Below, in pieces: positions 1 to 13,279 of a stretch of 64,000 bases of DNA; within the stretch, counting starts at the first letter, position 1, and every line of letters starts with the position of its first letter. Source of the stretch: Antedon mediterranea (lineage: Eukaryota; Animalia; Echinodermata); contig NC_092670.1 of assembly GCF_964355755.1 (NCBI RefSeq), forward strand, positions 10,464,795 through 10,528,794, in the 5' to 3' direction. Made by a program: the position numbers and the translations under genes. The notes under the pieces were generated by a model. The model was not told the DNA's origin. It saw only the letters and a list, made by a program, of their open reading frames with translations, and ran no database searches.

Positions 1-533
1 ATATTCTGACCGATTAACTAGACTGAATTTGATGACAGCTGAATCAAATTGAGATTATTTTACCGTTATTTTTGTTACAAATATATTGTATAAATTACAG
101 AATAGTTTTATTTTAAATATGTTGACTATCAATTGTAGGCATTTGGATGTTCTAACTTTTAAACATCTTGCATCCAAAACTGATAGGAAAGCATTGTATC
201 CCAACCAGATTTATTCGTTTGTGGAATTCACTACCGGTCAATATTAAAGACGCCTTTGTATGCGGAAGTTGGGTACAATTTAAAAACATGTTAATGGACC
301 ACTTTAAAAATACTATGCCTCTTTAATGTATATAATTATGGTATTAATATTACATATTTACATTGTTTTATGTTTTAATGTATGCTTTGAGTGCTGGTGT
401 GGCACACCTTATGGCGACAGTGGTCCTTTGACCTCTTTTGCCACTCCTTGGCACACTCAAAGTTTATGTATTGTTTTAATGTTGCTAAAATTAATAAAAT
501 AAAATTATTAACTGTTCACTTTTCTTCCCTTAG

Positions 534-701
534 AATTTTGTTTACCAGTTCAGTATTAAATTTAGCAGAGTTGGTAGCACTGCGACCTGATTTGTCTCGG
601 CTGACCAAGATTGTTTACTTCCATGAAAACCAGCTGGTTTACCCTGTCCGAAAACAAAAAGACAGAGATTTTCAATATGGATATAATCAAATAATAACCT
701 G
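534..701 (+). CDS. GTDC1: GTDC1/QTMAN internal exon (gene begins upstream of window)
   Basis: AG/GT-flanked; encodes ILFTSSVLNLAELVALRPDL...YFHENQLVYPVRKQKDRDFQYGYNQIIT, which I recognise as the conserved N-terminal (DUF3524) region of GTDC1. Confidence 0.93.
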
Positions 702-1332
702 GTACTGTATATTTATTGTTAGTTTTTAAATTTATAGTAGGGAATTGAGAAGGACAGCAGGGGTGGATCCACGATTTTGAAATATAGGGGTGGGGAGAGG
801 GAGGCTCAGACACAAGCATTTGAGCGTTCGGTAAATACGACCCCTAGATAGTCAGAAATGGTACTCGCACACAAAATTTATGATAAAATGGCACCTCCCA
901 CTAATCTAGTTGGCCCGCCGCGGGAAGGACGTTTGTATCATGCGCAGAAAACAGCAAAACGATCATACTTTTTCTGGCTGGTAAACACAGTGACGTAACA
1001 TTTTTTGCATATGTTGCGCATGTTCTGTGTGTAGGTAACTGCTGATTGTTTGATCGTACTTTACACAGTGTTGTGTTTTAATGGTAATTTTAAAGTTGTC
1101 ATCCTGAATACTTACAGACTATTCCCCTTGATTTTCAGAAAATCAATATATTGTTGACGTCGCAAATGCTTATTTCTGCAGTTATCTTTATCTCTCTTTA
1201 TTTTGAAAAGTATTTTGCTCAGTCCATAATTTATTCTTCTATCTATGCCCAGATGAGGTCAATATTTATATGCAAAGGAAAACTTTATACTGTATAAAAT
1301 TTATTTAATGTTAATTTACATTTTTCTTTTAG

Positions 1333-1701
1333 TTTAACTGCTGACATTGTTTTATTCAACTCAAAATACAACATGGAATCTTTCTTGTCATCAATTGGGA
1401 CATTTTTAAAACTTATGCCTGACTTCCGTCCTAAAGGCCTCGCTGAAAAGATACGACCAAAATCAAAAGTGTTGTATTTTCCAATAGAATTTCCAATAAT
1501 GAATGATCCAATAGCAGATGTTATGGAAGGACTGACGTTAGCGGAACAGGCCAGTTCATTACATGGAAGTCAGGAGGTGTTTGAAAAATCCAAAGACAGG
1601 GCTATTAAATCAGGTGTCACCGGAGAACAGACAGTTTATAGCTGCAGTTCAGTTTTATCACAATTGTCATCCCCATTAAAAATAGTATGGGCTCATAGAT
1701 G
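1333..1701 (+). CDS. GTDC1: GTDC1/QTMAN exon
   Basis: Splices in phase (TG|T = Cys) to give CLTADIVLFNSKYNMESFL...PDFRPKGL...LYFPIEFP, a variable loop, then PLKIVWAHRW; canonical AG/GT. Confidence 0.93.
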
Positions 1702-1714
1702 GTACAGTCCTAGT

Positions 1715-2245
1715 GCATTTTTTGACTGCATCACTTATTTAGACTGCTATAATCATTTGAGTGCTATGCTTATTTAGTCTGCTATACTTATTGACACTGC
1801 TATACTTATTTACAGTGCTGTACTTATTTGACTGCTGTACTTATTTGACTGCTATACTTATTTGACTGCTATACTTATTTACACTGCTGTACTTATTTAC
1901 ACTGCTATACATATTTACACTGCTATACTTATTGACACTGCTGTACTTATTTACACTGCTATACTTATTTACACTGCTGTACTTATTTGACTGCTATACT
2001 TATTTGACTGCTATACTTATTTACTCTGCTGTACTTATTTACACTGCTATACTTATTTACACTGCTATACTTATTGACACTGCTGTACTTATTTACACTG
2101 CTATACTTATTGACACTGCTATACTTATTTACACTGCTGTACTTATTTACACTGCTATACTTATTTACACTGCTGTACTTATTTACACTGCTGTACTTAT
2201 TTACACTGCTGTACTTATTTACACTGCTGTACTTATTTACACTGT
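1715..2245. repeat. 17/18-bp minisatellite (TTTACACTGCTRTACTTA-like) in GTDC1 intron
   Basis: About 30 tandem units visible; explains the spurious ORFs 1932..2249 and 2074..2271. Confidence 0.95.
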
Positions 2246-2924
2246 CTGAATTTTTACTATTTTGTGCTTAGTTTACCTGGATTTTCACGCTGCTGCTCTA
2301 GCCCGCTACGTCCCATTAGGACTACTCAATCAGAAGCTAAAGCAAGCAGCAGTTATAGTTCTAAGGACAGACAGTTTTGTGAAAATGGAAACTCCACTAT
2401 AATTTATTGATTCCAGCTGCTACAGTAGACCCAAAAAACGTCTGGGAAAGAGTCTATTAGGACATGTCATGCTAAAATTACAAATCTCTAATAAGCATTT
2501 CTGGTATATTCACTGTCAGATCATTGAATTATTATCGAAACAGTCCATTAAAGTTTGTGTTTGTAATAGGATACTTCACAATTGAAATATCTAGGGTGAT
2601 GAAGTGACCCCCAGATTTGACCTTAGCAATAAAATTAACTAAAGTGACAGAAATTGAGTATTCACTTCTGTAACAAAAAAAATAATATTTATTCACATAT
2701 AAAAAAAGAAAAGAAACCCAAAAACCATTGTCTGACAGACAATTTAAGTATTTGTTGCTTTAAATTACATTTTTTTCAGGTAAAATAACTATTATGTGAC
2801 AATAAAATGACACATTCAAAAACATTTAAAATAAAAAATATTTTTCAATAAGCGAGCAGCGTTTTTTGTAAGAAATATTTCTTGTTTAGTAGTGGTACTT
2901 ATTCACATTTTTTTCCTTTTGTAG

Positions 2925-3034
2925 GGAACACGACAAGAATCCTGACCTTTTTTTTAGAACACTTTATAAACTTCTAGATAGTGGGGAAGACTTCAGGATT
3001 TCTGTTCTTGGGGAACATTACTCAGAAATTCCAG
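2925..3034 (+). CDS. GTDC1: GTDC1/QTMAN exon
   Basis: In-phase continuation (W)EHDKNPDLFFRTLYKLLDSGEDFRISVLGEHYSEIP; AG/GT sites. Confidence 0.93.
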
Positions 3035-3087
3035 GTAATTATAAAGTCAGTAGAGGGCAGTGTTAAAAAATATTGTCTGCGATTTAA

Positions 3088-4829
3088 AGGGGGATTCTGG
3101 GTTTAAAATTGCTTTTAAATATCGTTTATTTATTAAATAAAAAATATTATAACAATATAGACATGTCAGAATGAAGAAGTAATAACGAGAAATTAAAAAA
3201 ATTAAATTTCATATACATTTTAGGGCAAATTCATGGAAAGTCTGTTTTTCAGCAGCTTAGGGAAGTTCATTAATATTCATGAGATATTCACAAAATCACG
3301 TCATCAGTGGATTCCAAACTCGCGACGTCAAGCTTGTACGTTGTGTTCTCTCTCCCCTGTCAAACGACGACCACTCGATCATTGTGAAATACATTTTTTG
3401 TAGATTTTCTAAGCTAGGCCTAAAGTGTAATAATAACAGTAGTAGCATATATTTATTTGACATTTAATGAAATACAAAATTTAGGACAGATTACGGAGTC
3501 ATAAATTATACTATTTTTATACCTCGAATAGTACAGATCGTATATCGGCTTCACGTACTAGGCTAGGCCTGGATAAGCAAGCCTGCGAGCTACAGCGATT
3601 TTAATTGTTTTTGCTTATCCTTGCCTCCTTAGATTTTCACCTGTCTTGTTTTTGTTACCTTGTTTTAAATGTATTTCGATTTTAAAGGCTAAATAAAGAA
3701 TGAATGAATGAATGAAGGCCTAGCCTAAATCATTTTATTCATGGGTGAGAGCCATTTCTGACTAGGGATTCCATGCCACGATGGCTACGTTAAAACATTG
3801 GGGCCATCATTCATGGGCCTAGCTAGCCTATTACTAAACGATTGGCCCATAAATAACAAAAGTCAGTGGAATCCAAACCCATCCTATCAACCAAACTCCT
3901 AAACAATCTAAACCTAAAACGTTCTACAAAAATCGGCTGTAAATATTGAGGCAAAACAAGGTCCGATCGCCGTCCGCACGTATGGTGTCCCGATCGTCTA
4001 ATAAGTAGGCCTGAAATAGGCCTAGTTTACTCTCCAAAAAAGCGGATACTGCATCAAGCAAGTAGACCGGTAGTAGGAAGGAGACCTAGCCTATCCGGCC
4101 CAGTTAAAAATTGAGCTAACTAGTGTAGTAGACCCTATGCGAATTGATACTACCAGGCCTTTTACTATAGGCTACACTTGTTAAAATTAGCAATACTGTA
4201 CTCATGTTTACAAATTTTCCAACTCTCTCATTCGAGCTATATTATCTATACCATTCCGGTAGGTCGAGTCGACCTTCAATCAAATACTGTAATTTAGACG
4301 GGGTATACTCGACCCGAACAGTTTGGTATTGTATACTGTATCTGCTTATCACGTGACGATGCCAGGCATGGGCAGAGAGAGCACGTGTATCGTCGTCTCG
4401 CTCTCCTCGCTCAGCAGGAATGTATACGTTACGCTTCATTGATTTTGAAGGCTTTCCCTAAGTCAGTGCGAAAATCGGCAAACGTAAAGTGCAAACTTAT
4501 CTAATTTTTCACTGTTTTGATGGATTTTCATAGAAAATTGACTTTATAAATGGGAAGACCGACTAAAATTACATCAGATAAGTATAATTTTACAAAAGTA
4601 ATTGATATGGTTAATGATAACGAGTCGTCGGAAGATTGACCATTTCACGAATTTCCTATTCTGTAACCACATTGTGATTTTGCCGTAGCTGCACTTGTAA
4701 TCTGGCCTCATTTCACAGCCTTCGTTCTGCTTCACTGGGCGCTTATATAAATTGAAACTTTTACCGTTCAAGAGACAAACAAATATATTTTACATTTTTT
4801 ACTATTCATTTTAAACCCGGAACCCCCCT
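3088..4829. mobile_element. Non-autonomous Kolobok-like DNA transposon
   Basis: TTAA on both sides (3084-3087, 4830-4833); TIR AGGGGGATTCTGGGTTTAAAAT / ATTTTAAACCCGGAACCCCCCT; empty-site copy of the flanks at about 4927-5050. Confidence 0.8.
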
Positions 4830-5150
4830 TTAAAAACATTAAATATCATTTATTTGTGCTGCCACTGTTTAACATTCCTAAAGAAGCTAGAATAAATTAT
4901 GGTACTATTGTTCAAATTCGATAAAATCAGTAGAGGGCAGTGTTAAAAAATATTGTCTGCGATTTAAAAATATTATAAAATATATCATTTATTTGTACTG
5001 CCACTGTTTAACATTCCCAAAGAAGCTAGAATAAATCATAGTATTGTTCACTAGTCTCTGAATTACACATGTGCACTAGAGATCAGATTGATACGCCCTC
5101 ATCTTTCAGTATTTTAATTCACAAAGTGGGATCTACCTGTTTTTATATAG

Positions 5151-5295
5151 ATATTTTCACTGAGGCTTATGAGAGTCTGAAAGATAATATAGTTCATTGG
5201 GGTTATCAGCAGTCAAAAGAGGACTACTATCAAGTATTGATAGAGGGCGATGTTGCTGTATCAACGGCCAAGCACGAGTTTTACGGTGTTGCAAT
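5151..5295 (+). CDS. GTDC1: GTDC1/QTMAN exon
   Basis: (D)[47 protein letters not shown](M), a GT-B glycosyltransferase motif; AG/GT sites. Confidence 0.93.
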
Positions 5296-6392
5296 GTGAG
5301 TAGTTTTAATTATTGTTTAACAGTTCGATTAGGCCCTCTACAGACACAGAAGCCATGGTCCAGTGCCTATCATAAACGACAGGAGCTGAAATGGACCAGT
5401 ACATTGGGGTAACCCCCTAAACTCTACCGTAAGATGTTTTTTTTAATGTACACAAGGCCCATGGACTCCAGTTTTAAGTTTTTTCCAAGATGTCTTGTTG
5501 TAGCACCAGAATAATATTCAAGGAGAGCCTGGAACCTGTACTGATGTTATGGCTTTATTTTTTGGCGCCCCTAAACCAAAAGACAAGATCACCTAAAATT
5601 TAAGTATTTAAAGTTTACAATACTTGGTGTTGTATAATATGGAATAGCCACCCAGGTAAAAATTCCAGTTGAAGACCAGTTGGGAAATTTCCCAGTTGGG
5701 AATTTTCCCTGTTGTGAATTGAGACAATTACCAGTTGTGAATTTCCCAGTTGTGAATTTTCCAACTGGTCTGATAATCCCAGTTGTAAATTTTACCAGTT
5801 GTAAATTTCTCAACTGGTCTGATAATCCCAGTTGTGAATTTTCCAACTGGTCTGATCAATCCCAGTTGTAAATTTTCCCAGTTGTACATTTTTCCCAGTT
5901 GAGAATTTTCCCAACTGGTAAATTTCAGTATAAAAACAAATTACACAAACTACAGAACTTATTGTTTAACTGTTTATTTTATTAACTTTAATATTTACAA
6001 TTACAGTAGTTACTTTCAATTCTGCAGTACTGTAGTTAATTACCCCACAAAGGTCTTAACGACCTGCATAACCCCTACATCTACACAAATGTCAGCATAT
6101 CCCTGCCGTTTCCTTTTTACAGGTCCATGAAAATGGAGATCTAGCATTTATTCAGTAATATATTTATGAAGTTATGGCCACCTTCTTTATTTAGTCATGT
6201 TGACAAAATTAGTCCTGAAAGAGAAAAACCAAAACAAATTGATTAAATAAACAATATACTGGTAGTACAAGGAATAAATCAAATTCAAATCTCAAGTATC
6301 AATTTATATACTGTTTTACTGAAAAAGGAAGATGGAATCATATATTAATCAATTTATTAATTAATGATTATCCAAATTATGTTCTCTACAAG

Positions 6393-7253
6393 CAATAGAG
6401 AGAAATGGCGAACCGCGATGACGTCACTCAAATTTCACCGAGTGGGTATAGATTGTAAACAAACCATTTCGCCACATGTTTTTGTATGGGAAATTCCGAT
6501 GGGTTGAGTTAAAAAGGGAGGTAGAAAAGAACGTTTAAAACACACATAATAGCAGTATCTTTTTTTTTTGCAACACCCTTATCAATTTTAATGTTATATG
6601 GGCAAATCTTAACATATTTTATTTTAATTTGGATTGAATTAAGACGCGTTTTTGTTATATACTGTACCCAGCTCTAGGCCCTAGATAGTTGGCATGTATG
6701 CTGTAGTACCTCGAGCCTAGCACGGATTATCGGTTATTATAAAAATAATAATATTGGAAATTCGTTATTGCGTACTGTACTCACTACTACTACTTTAGCT
6801 AGGGTGCTGCTAGGCGTCTCCTAGCTAGGTAGTAAGACTAAATAGAGCCTCTCTATAGTAGATGTAGGACTAGCATTAGTTTCAGCTTGACAACTGCCAT
6901 TTTGTTTATGTGGCTAGTGATGCTTCCTGCAGGGGGGCTACCGCCAGTAATGATGCTTGACAACACCATTCTACTATAATACTATAGGCCAAGTCTAATG
7001 TAGACCTACAGATATGAGATATTTTTAGGAATATGATTGTGAATGATGGATGACTTTTATACATATTTCATTGATTTATTGTGTAAATACACAAATACAA
7101 CAAGAATTATGAGCGTTACAGCAACAACATTGGTTAGACAACGCCATGATTCACGTGTATAAACATAGGAAATGTGTCGCCCTCAACGGTTTGTTATGAT
7201 TTTATACCCACTCGGATTTTAGACGTGCGTCGGTTCGCCATTTCTCTCTATTG
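6393..7253. mobile_element. MITE with 3-bp TSD (Academ-like, tentative)
   Basis: TIR CAATAGAGAGAAATGGCGAACCG / CGGTTCGCCATTTCTCTCTATTG; AAG on both sides. Confidence 0.72.
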
Positions 7254-8158
7254 AAGATGAGTATCATTTCACTTTAGTTTGTCCCTTTTATTCAGATATT
7301 AGAACTAAATATATTTTCATTTTATACAAATAACCCCTCTAAATTAAAATATATTTATCTTATGTCTACTACAAATATCTCATTACTAAGCTTGGAAAAT
7401 ATATATATTTTTTTCATTTTAACGTAGAACAGAATTCTTAAACGCACTCTAATGTTATTGATTGAATTGTTACATTGTATATTATTTGGGCCAAAAGCCA
7501 TATAAATAACTATTTTTTTGGATCATTCCAAGAAAGAAAGTATACATAAATATATTTACCCTTCAAATTGTACTGCTGTACTTTTTTGGTTGGTTTATAG
7601 CCTTGTTGGTTGTATTCAAGTAAACTGGAAATCACCTGCAATTGTGTATGAAAAAAATTGAAGGAAAATTAAGAAATATAGAATATTTAGTTTAAGGAAA
7701 CGGAGACAGACTAAAACAGCATGGATTAGTTTGCTTTATTATTAGATTAGTAGGCTAGCCTAGGCTTAGGATATGTTAAAATAGCAGCCATGCATGTCAT
7801 CACGACACTAGCTAGAGTAGTGATAATACAACATGCAGAACAGTAGTAGTACTACTGTAGCTAGTTTGGGCCTACAACTACTAGAGGCCTAGGGCTAGAC
7901 TTTAGAGGCCTAGGGCTAGACTTTAGAGGCCTAGCCTAGTAGGCCAAAATAACAAAAGTGATCATGAATGAATGGAAATAAATCTCGTTTGTGTGGTAAT
8001 GACATGTAGGCTAATAATAGGTTAATAATATAGTATTGTTGGGCTTTGTTTCTAGCCTACTATAGGCTAGTACTATGTAGAGGCCAATAAGACAATTTGC
8101 GGTCGTACACAGCCATGTAATCAATCAGCTAGCAAGGTGGGGCAAGCCAAGGCTAAAG

Positions 8159-10475
8159 TAGTCCAGATCCCTATGTCAAAAAAAGTGCCTTCGTGTGCAG
8201 ATCATGGGGAAAGTCTAAACATTGTGTTTTATGAATATTTTAATCATGCTGGTTATAAAAACCCATGTTGTCAAATTTCTAAAATTCATCTTTGACCTCT
8301 GACCTCAATTTGATTGTTTTGACCCATTGAAAACAAAATGATCATATCTTTGCAACGCTTACATTAAATGAAATAATTTTAGTGTCAAATTATTTGGGAG
8401 GTGCATATTAATATTCGTTCTAATGAAAAAGTTTGTCCAAAAATGCCTGGAAGTATGATTTTTGGCATATTTGACCTTTGACCTACATATCATATAACTC
8501 CGTAACTAATAGTTGGACAAACTTTAAATAGGGCTCAAATTAATCTGAAGGTATATGTTTCTATTCAGTCTAATAAGAACTTTTTCAAGAAAATGACCCG
8601 AAATATTTTTATTGACCTTTGACCTGTACTGCTAGTACACATTTCTATAATCTCAAAAACTATTGGCCGTAAAATGGTTGTTTTGTGAAATGGTTCGAAA
8701 AATTTACATTTATATGTTGTATAATAACAACATTTTATAGAAATGTAAAAGAATTTTATTTATGATCACTAACTTTGTAATTTATTAACATCACTAGCAT
8801 TTGTTATAATATTAAAATGTGTCATATTTGCTGATTTTAAGCACTTCACATGAATTTATCAGAAAATATGTGTATTTAATATAAAGTTTATTTTTTTTTA
8901 TATAAAGAAAATTTAATTATCTATCAAATAAGACTATTTTCAAATTATTATGGCTAAAACTTAATAAGATACAGGCAAAAAAGTGTATTTTTACTTATGT
9001 AAACAGCGCCCTCAATCTTCATTTTTTCCCAAAAAATACCACATTTTTATGTGGTTTCATGAACTTAGCTGGTTGTAACTTTTTAAAAGATTTGTTGTCA
9101 GTGACGTGTAACTTACATACACCTTCTACCATATACTAAGTAAGTTTCTGAGATAAAATGAAAACAATATTTTTATAGCTTGATATTTTTCCTGAGGTTA
9201 TTACATGGTGCATGCTAAAAAAGATTTTGATTTTGTGCTAAAAATCCATCTTTTTGGTCCAGTACAAACAATCTTGTACAGCCATTCTTACACAAACAGC
9301 ATATTTTATTGGAAAGATAATCATAATATCTATCCAATAAAATATGAATTTTGTGTATTAATATCTGCTAGATAGCTTTTATTAAACCAAAAAGATGGAC
9401 TTTTAGCTCAAAATTAAAATATTTTTTTTTTGTGTGTATCATGTATAACCTCAACAAAAATATCAAGCTATTGGAATATTTTTCTCAATTTTTTCAGAAA
9501 CTGACCTAGTACGTTATAAAAGAGGTATGTAAATTACAGGTTACTGTAAAAAGTCTTTAAAACAAAGTTATAACCTGTTAAGTTCAGGAAAACACATAAA
9601 AATGTGGTATTTTTTGGGAAAAAATGAAGATTGAGGGCGCTGTTCACACAAGTAAAAATACACTTTTTTGCCTGTATCTAATTAAGTTTTAGCCATAATA
9701 ATTTGAAAATAGTCTTATTTGATAGACAATTAAATTTTCTTTATATAAAAAAAAAAAACTTTATATTAAATACACATAATTCTGATAAATTCATATGAAG
9801 TGCTTAAAATCAGCAAATATAACACATTTTAATATTATAACAAATGCTAGTGATGTTAATAAATTATAAAGTTAGTGATCATAATTAGAATTCTTTTACA
9901 TTTCTATAAAATGTTGTTATTATACAACATATAAATGTAAATTTTTCGAACCATTTCACAAAAACAACCATTTTACGGCCAATAGTTTTTGAGATTATAG
10001 AAATATGTACTACCAGTACAGGTCAAAGGTCAATAAAAATATTTCGGGTCATTTTCTTGTAAAAGTTCTTATAGGACTGAATAGAAACATATACCTTCAG
10101 ATTAATTTGAGCCCTATTTAAAGTTTGTCCAACTATTAGTTACGGAGTTATATGATATGTAGGTCAAAGGTCAAATATGCCAAAAATCATACTTCCAGGC
10201 ATTTTTGGACAAATTTTTCAATATGACGAATATTAATATGCATCTCCCAAATAATTTGACACTAAAATTATTTCATTTAATCTAAGCGTTGCAAAGATAT
10301 GATCATTTTGTTTTCAATGGGTCAAAACATTCAAATTGAGGTCAGAGGTCAAAGATGAATTTTAGAAATTTGACAACATGGGTTTTTATAACCAGCAGGA
10401 TTAAAATATTCATAAAACACAATGTTTACACTTTCCCCATTATCTGCACACGAAAATACATAGGGATCTGGACTA
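8159..10475. mobile_element. Academ-like foldback element (about 2.3-kb palindrome)
   Basis: Termini TAGTCCAGATCCCTATGT / ACATAGGGATCTGGACTA; AAG TSD; arms are reverse-complementary over about 1.1 kb, with the centre near 9325. Confidence 0.82.
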
Positions 10476-11866
10476 AAGCGCCTAGCTTACTATACTAGCC
10501 AGCATGCAGCGAGCGGCGAGGCCTCCATTTTGTTGTCGATCTTTGATCATAGTTTGTAGGCCTATGCCTATAGTAATAAGAGATAATAATAGACATATAT
10601 GTCAGGCCTACCTTTTATAAAACAGCAAGATTTGTGCCTCATCCTTAATTTGATGCGATTAGCCAATAATACCCATTCTAGACCTGGCATCTCTGTGCTG
10701 CGTGATCACCGATTTTGCCGCCGAGCCACACTGGCACAAACAAAGGGAGCCGTTTTTGACTGTTGGCTTGCAGTTTTCTGATTGGTTGTTTACGGTCTGC
10801 CGGCCTATACGACGCATGCTCCATTATTTTCAAAAAGTTGTGCAGTATTTCTTATTCTTTAATCGATTTTATTTGATTTAATTTAAATAACTGTTTGTTG
10901 CAATAATATAGGATTACAAATAATAATATTAATTGTATTTTGAATGGTAATTACGGACCATGCTTCTATTCCCGTCACCTCAACCCAGAACACCCCCCCC
11001 CCACCTCTCCCCTGGGTCCCCCTGGGTCCTCTCCCGTACTCCCCGACGTACACCCAGCCATCCGCTTTCGCTCTTCTCCGAATTCCCTTGGTTGTTAGGA
11101 AAAAAACTAGTTGCAAAACCAATTGAAACAACCTTGCCCGGTTGAAAAACCGATTGGACCAGTTGACTAGTTGAACTCAGTTGAGCTTTGGGAATACCAG
11201 TTGGCCAGTTGGAAAAACCAGTTGACCTGTTGAAAAACCAGTTGACCAGTTTGAAAAACCAGTTGACCAGTTTGAAAAACCAGTTGACCAGTTGAAAAAC
11301 CAGTTGACCAGTTTGAAAAACCAGTTGACCAGTTGAAAAACCAGTTGACCAGTTGAAAAACCAGTTGACCAGTTGGAAAAACCAGTTGACCAGTTGGAAA
11401 AACCAGTTAGACCAGTTGAAAAACCAGTTGACCAGTTGTTAAAACCAGTTGAACCAGTTGGAAACCAGTTAGACCAGTTGAAGACCAGTTGGACCAGTTG
11501 AAATTTCCAACTGTTCTCAACTGGAATTTTTACCTGGGCACTCTCTAATTTCTTTGCGTTCACCATTATAGCTTTACTCCGATTATAAATTTTGAAATAG
11601 TTACTGGAAGCCTGATGTATATTTATTACGTCAGAATGTATAAACAAAATTTTCAAAAATTCTATCAACTAAAAGTTGAAGTAAATCACGTCTCTAGTCC
11701 ATTCTCAGTTGCCACACTTGTGTTGTTTACTCTGAAATAACCGTTTAATAATCTCTTTGCTTTCTCATGTCCATTCTACAGTTATCACAGATTGATTAGT
11801 TTCATACCCAGTATTGTTTTGGTTTTACAATTAATTGAGAATATACCTCATGCAAGTATTTAATTA

Positions 11867-12689
11867 GGCCCTGTTTCTGCTGCCAACTAAATACCGTATA
11901 TTATACTGTATTTTTTGAATACCGTATATATACGGTATATTTTTGGCAGCAGAAACTACGCTCATAGAAAATATACCGTATTTTGTATACCGTATTTTCC
12001 CCACAAAATTTGTGGATAAAATATGGTATTTACAAATTTATACCGTATTTTTTGTACCCGTTTCTGCTGCCAATAAAAAATACCGTATTTTTTTTTTACA
12101 TGACAAAAGGTCAACATTCGTATTTTTATTTTCTGTCGCTGTCAGCTGTTTTACACACGTGTATATATATATTCGGCGAAAATGTGGAGCGAAGACGTCA
12201 CAGTTTTACTAAATAAATTTGTGTGGGGAAGCTAAAATGTCTGGCCAACTAAAAGGTAATAAAAGGGACAACCACATTTATAAAGACATTTCTAAAAAAA
12301 TAAAGCAGGAGTATGGAATAGACTTGTCTCCAAAGCAAGTAAACTCAAAGCTGAAGAGCCTGCGAAAGCAGTACAACATTGCAAAATACAATAACTCGGG
12401 GAGGGAACGAATTAATTGTCCCCATTACGATGTTTTCTGTGCTCTCACAACATCTCTATCACTAGGGCTAGGCTGTTGAAAGTGAGACGTAAAACTTCCT
12501 TTATTGCGACTTTTAATTATCGATCAAATAAATGAATGGCAATTTGGGTAAAAAAGATGAAATTTAACACGACCACCCAAGAAGTATTGTTAGCAGAAAC
12601 GGGGTACTAAAAAATACGGTATAAAAAATACCGTATTTTATACCGTATTTTTATACCGTATTTTGAGCAGTTGCAGCAGAAACAGGCCC
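11867..12689 (+). mobile_element. PIF/Harbinger deletion derivative carrying a Myb/SANT-like fragment
   Basis: TIR GGCCCTGTTTCTGCTGC / GCAGCAGAAACAGGCCC; TTA TSD; ATACCGTA subterminal repeats. Confidence 0.8.
12219..12479 (+). pseudogene. Truncated Myb/SANT-like (trihelix) DNA-binding ORF of the Harbinger element
   Basis: IYKDISKKIKQEYGIDLSPKQVNSKLKSLRKQY...SGRERINCPHYD resembles Myb/SANT-like domains, the known second protein of PIF/Harbinger elements. Confidence 0.7.
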
Positions 12690-12910
12690 TTAGAATTATT
12701 TCAGTTTGTTTTATTTTTGCTCAGTTACTTTTGTCATTGAAACGTAGTAACATTCAATAAATATACAACATGGCATATGTTGATATTTAAGGTGCTGCAA
12801 GGTCCTGAACTCCTAAAGATTGGTGTTCTCTTTATCACTGCCCTCCTGTAACCGTACTTTCTTTTGTTGCTATAGCAACTGATGCTTTTATTAGAACATT
12901 TAGGGGTTAA

Positions 12911-13248
12911 AGATGTATTGTCCCCCTGAAAAAATAATTCTTAACAACATTTTTATTGAATATGCCATTTTAATGTAACATAATAGTTATCGACTTTGAC
13001 AAAAAATTGGATTGAAAAAAAATGTATTTATCTGAAAAAAACTGTAATTTAAAGCAAAAAATGGCCAAATTGGCTGCCAGCCAGTGGGTTTTTGGTTGAA
13101 TTTAACCATTTATTTAATCAATTTGTAGGTGAAAACATTTTTTTTTTCTATATGGAACTGATTAACTTTTTTAAAACCACAAAATAACATATTTAAAGTC
13201 TGATTTAATTAACCTTTTTTTTTCATGTTTTTGTGGGACAATACATCT
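12911..13248. mobile_element. Kolobok-like MITE
   Basis: TTAA|AGATGTATTGTCCC ... GGGACAATACATCT|TTAA. Confidence 0.8.
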
Positions 13249-13279
13249 TTAATAGGTCAAACCCCTTTATGTTTTTTTT

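Larger units (their letters stand above)
5651..11538. mobile_element. EnSpm/CACTA-like non-autonomous element with CCAGTTG subterminal arrays; hosts nested elements
   Basis: TIR CCCAGGTAAAAATTCCAGTTGA at both ends; 2-bp CA flanks; tandem CCAGTTG arrays at about 5665-5925 and 11115-11525. Confidence 0.75.

Noticed and set aside
757-850. hAT-like MITE starting CAGGGGTGGATCCA
   Set aside because: No matching right end or 8-bp TSD could be identified.
1932-2271. Hydrophobic repeat ORFs (LLYLFT / AVLIYT)
   Set aside because: Translations of an 18-bp intronic minisatellite; 17-bp units break the frame.
5589-5871. ORFs with NFPVV / KFTTG repeats
   Set aside because: Subterminal array of the CACTA-like element.
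11177-11668. 163-aa ORF with NWSTGFS repeats
   Set aside because: Right-end tandem array of the same transposon; 19/20-bp units switch frame.
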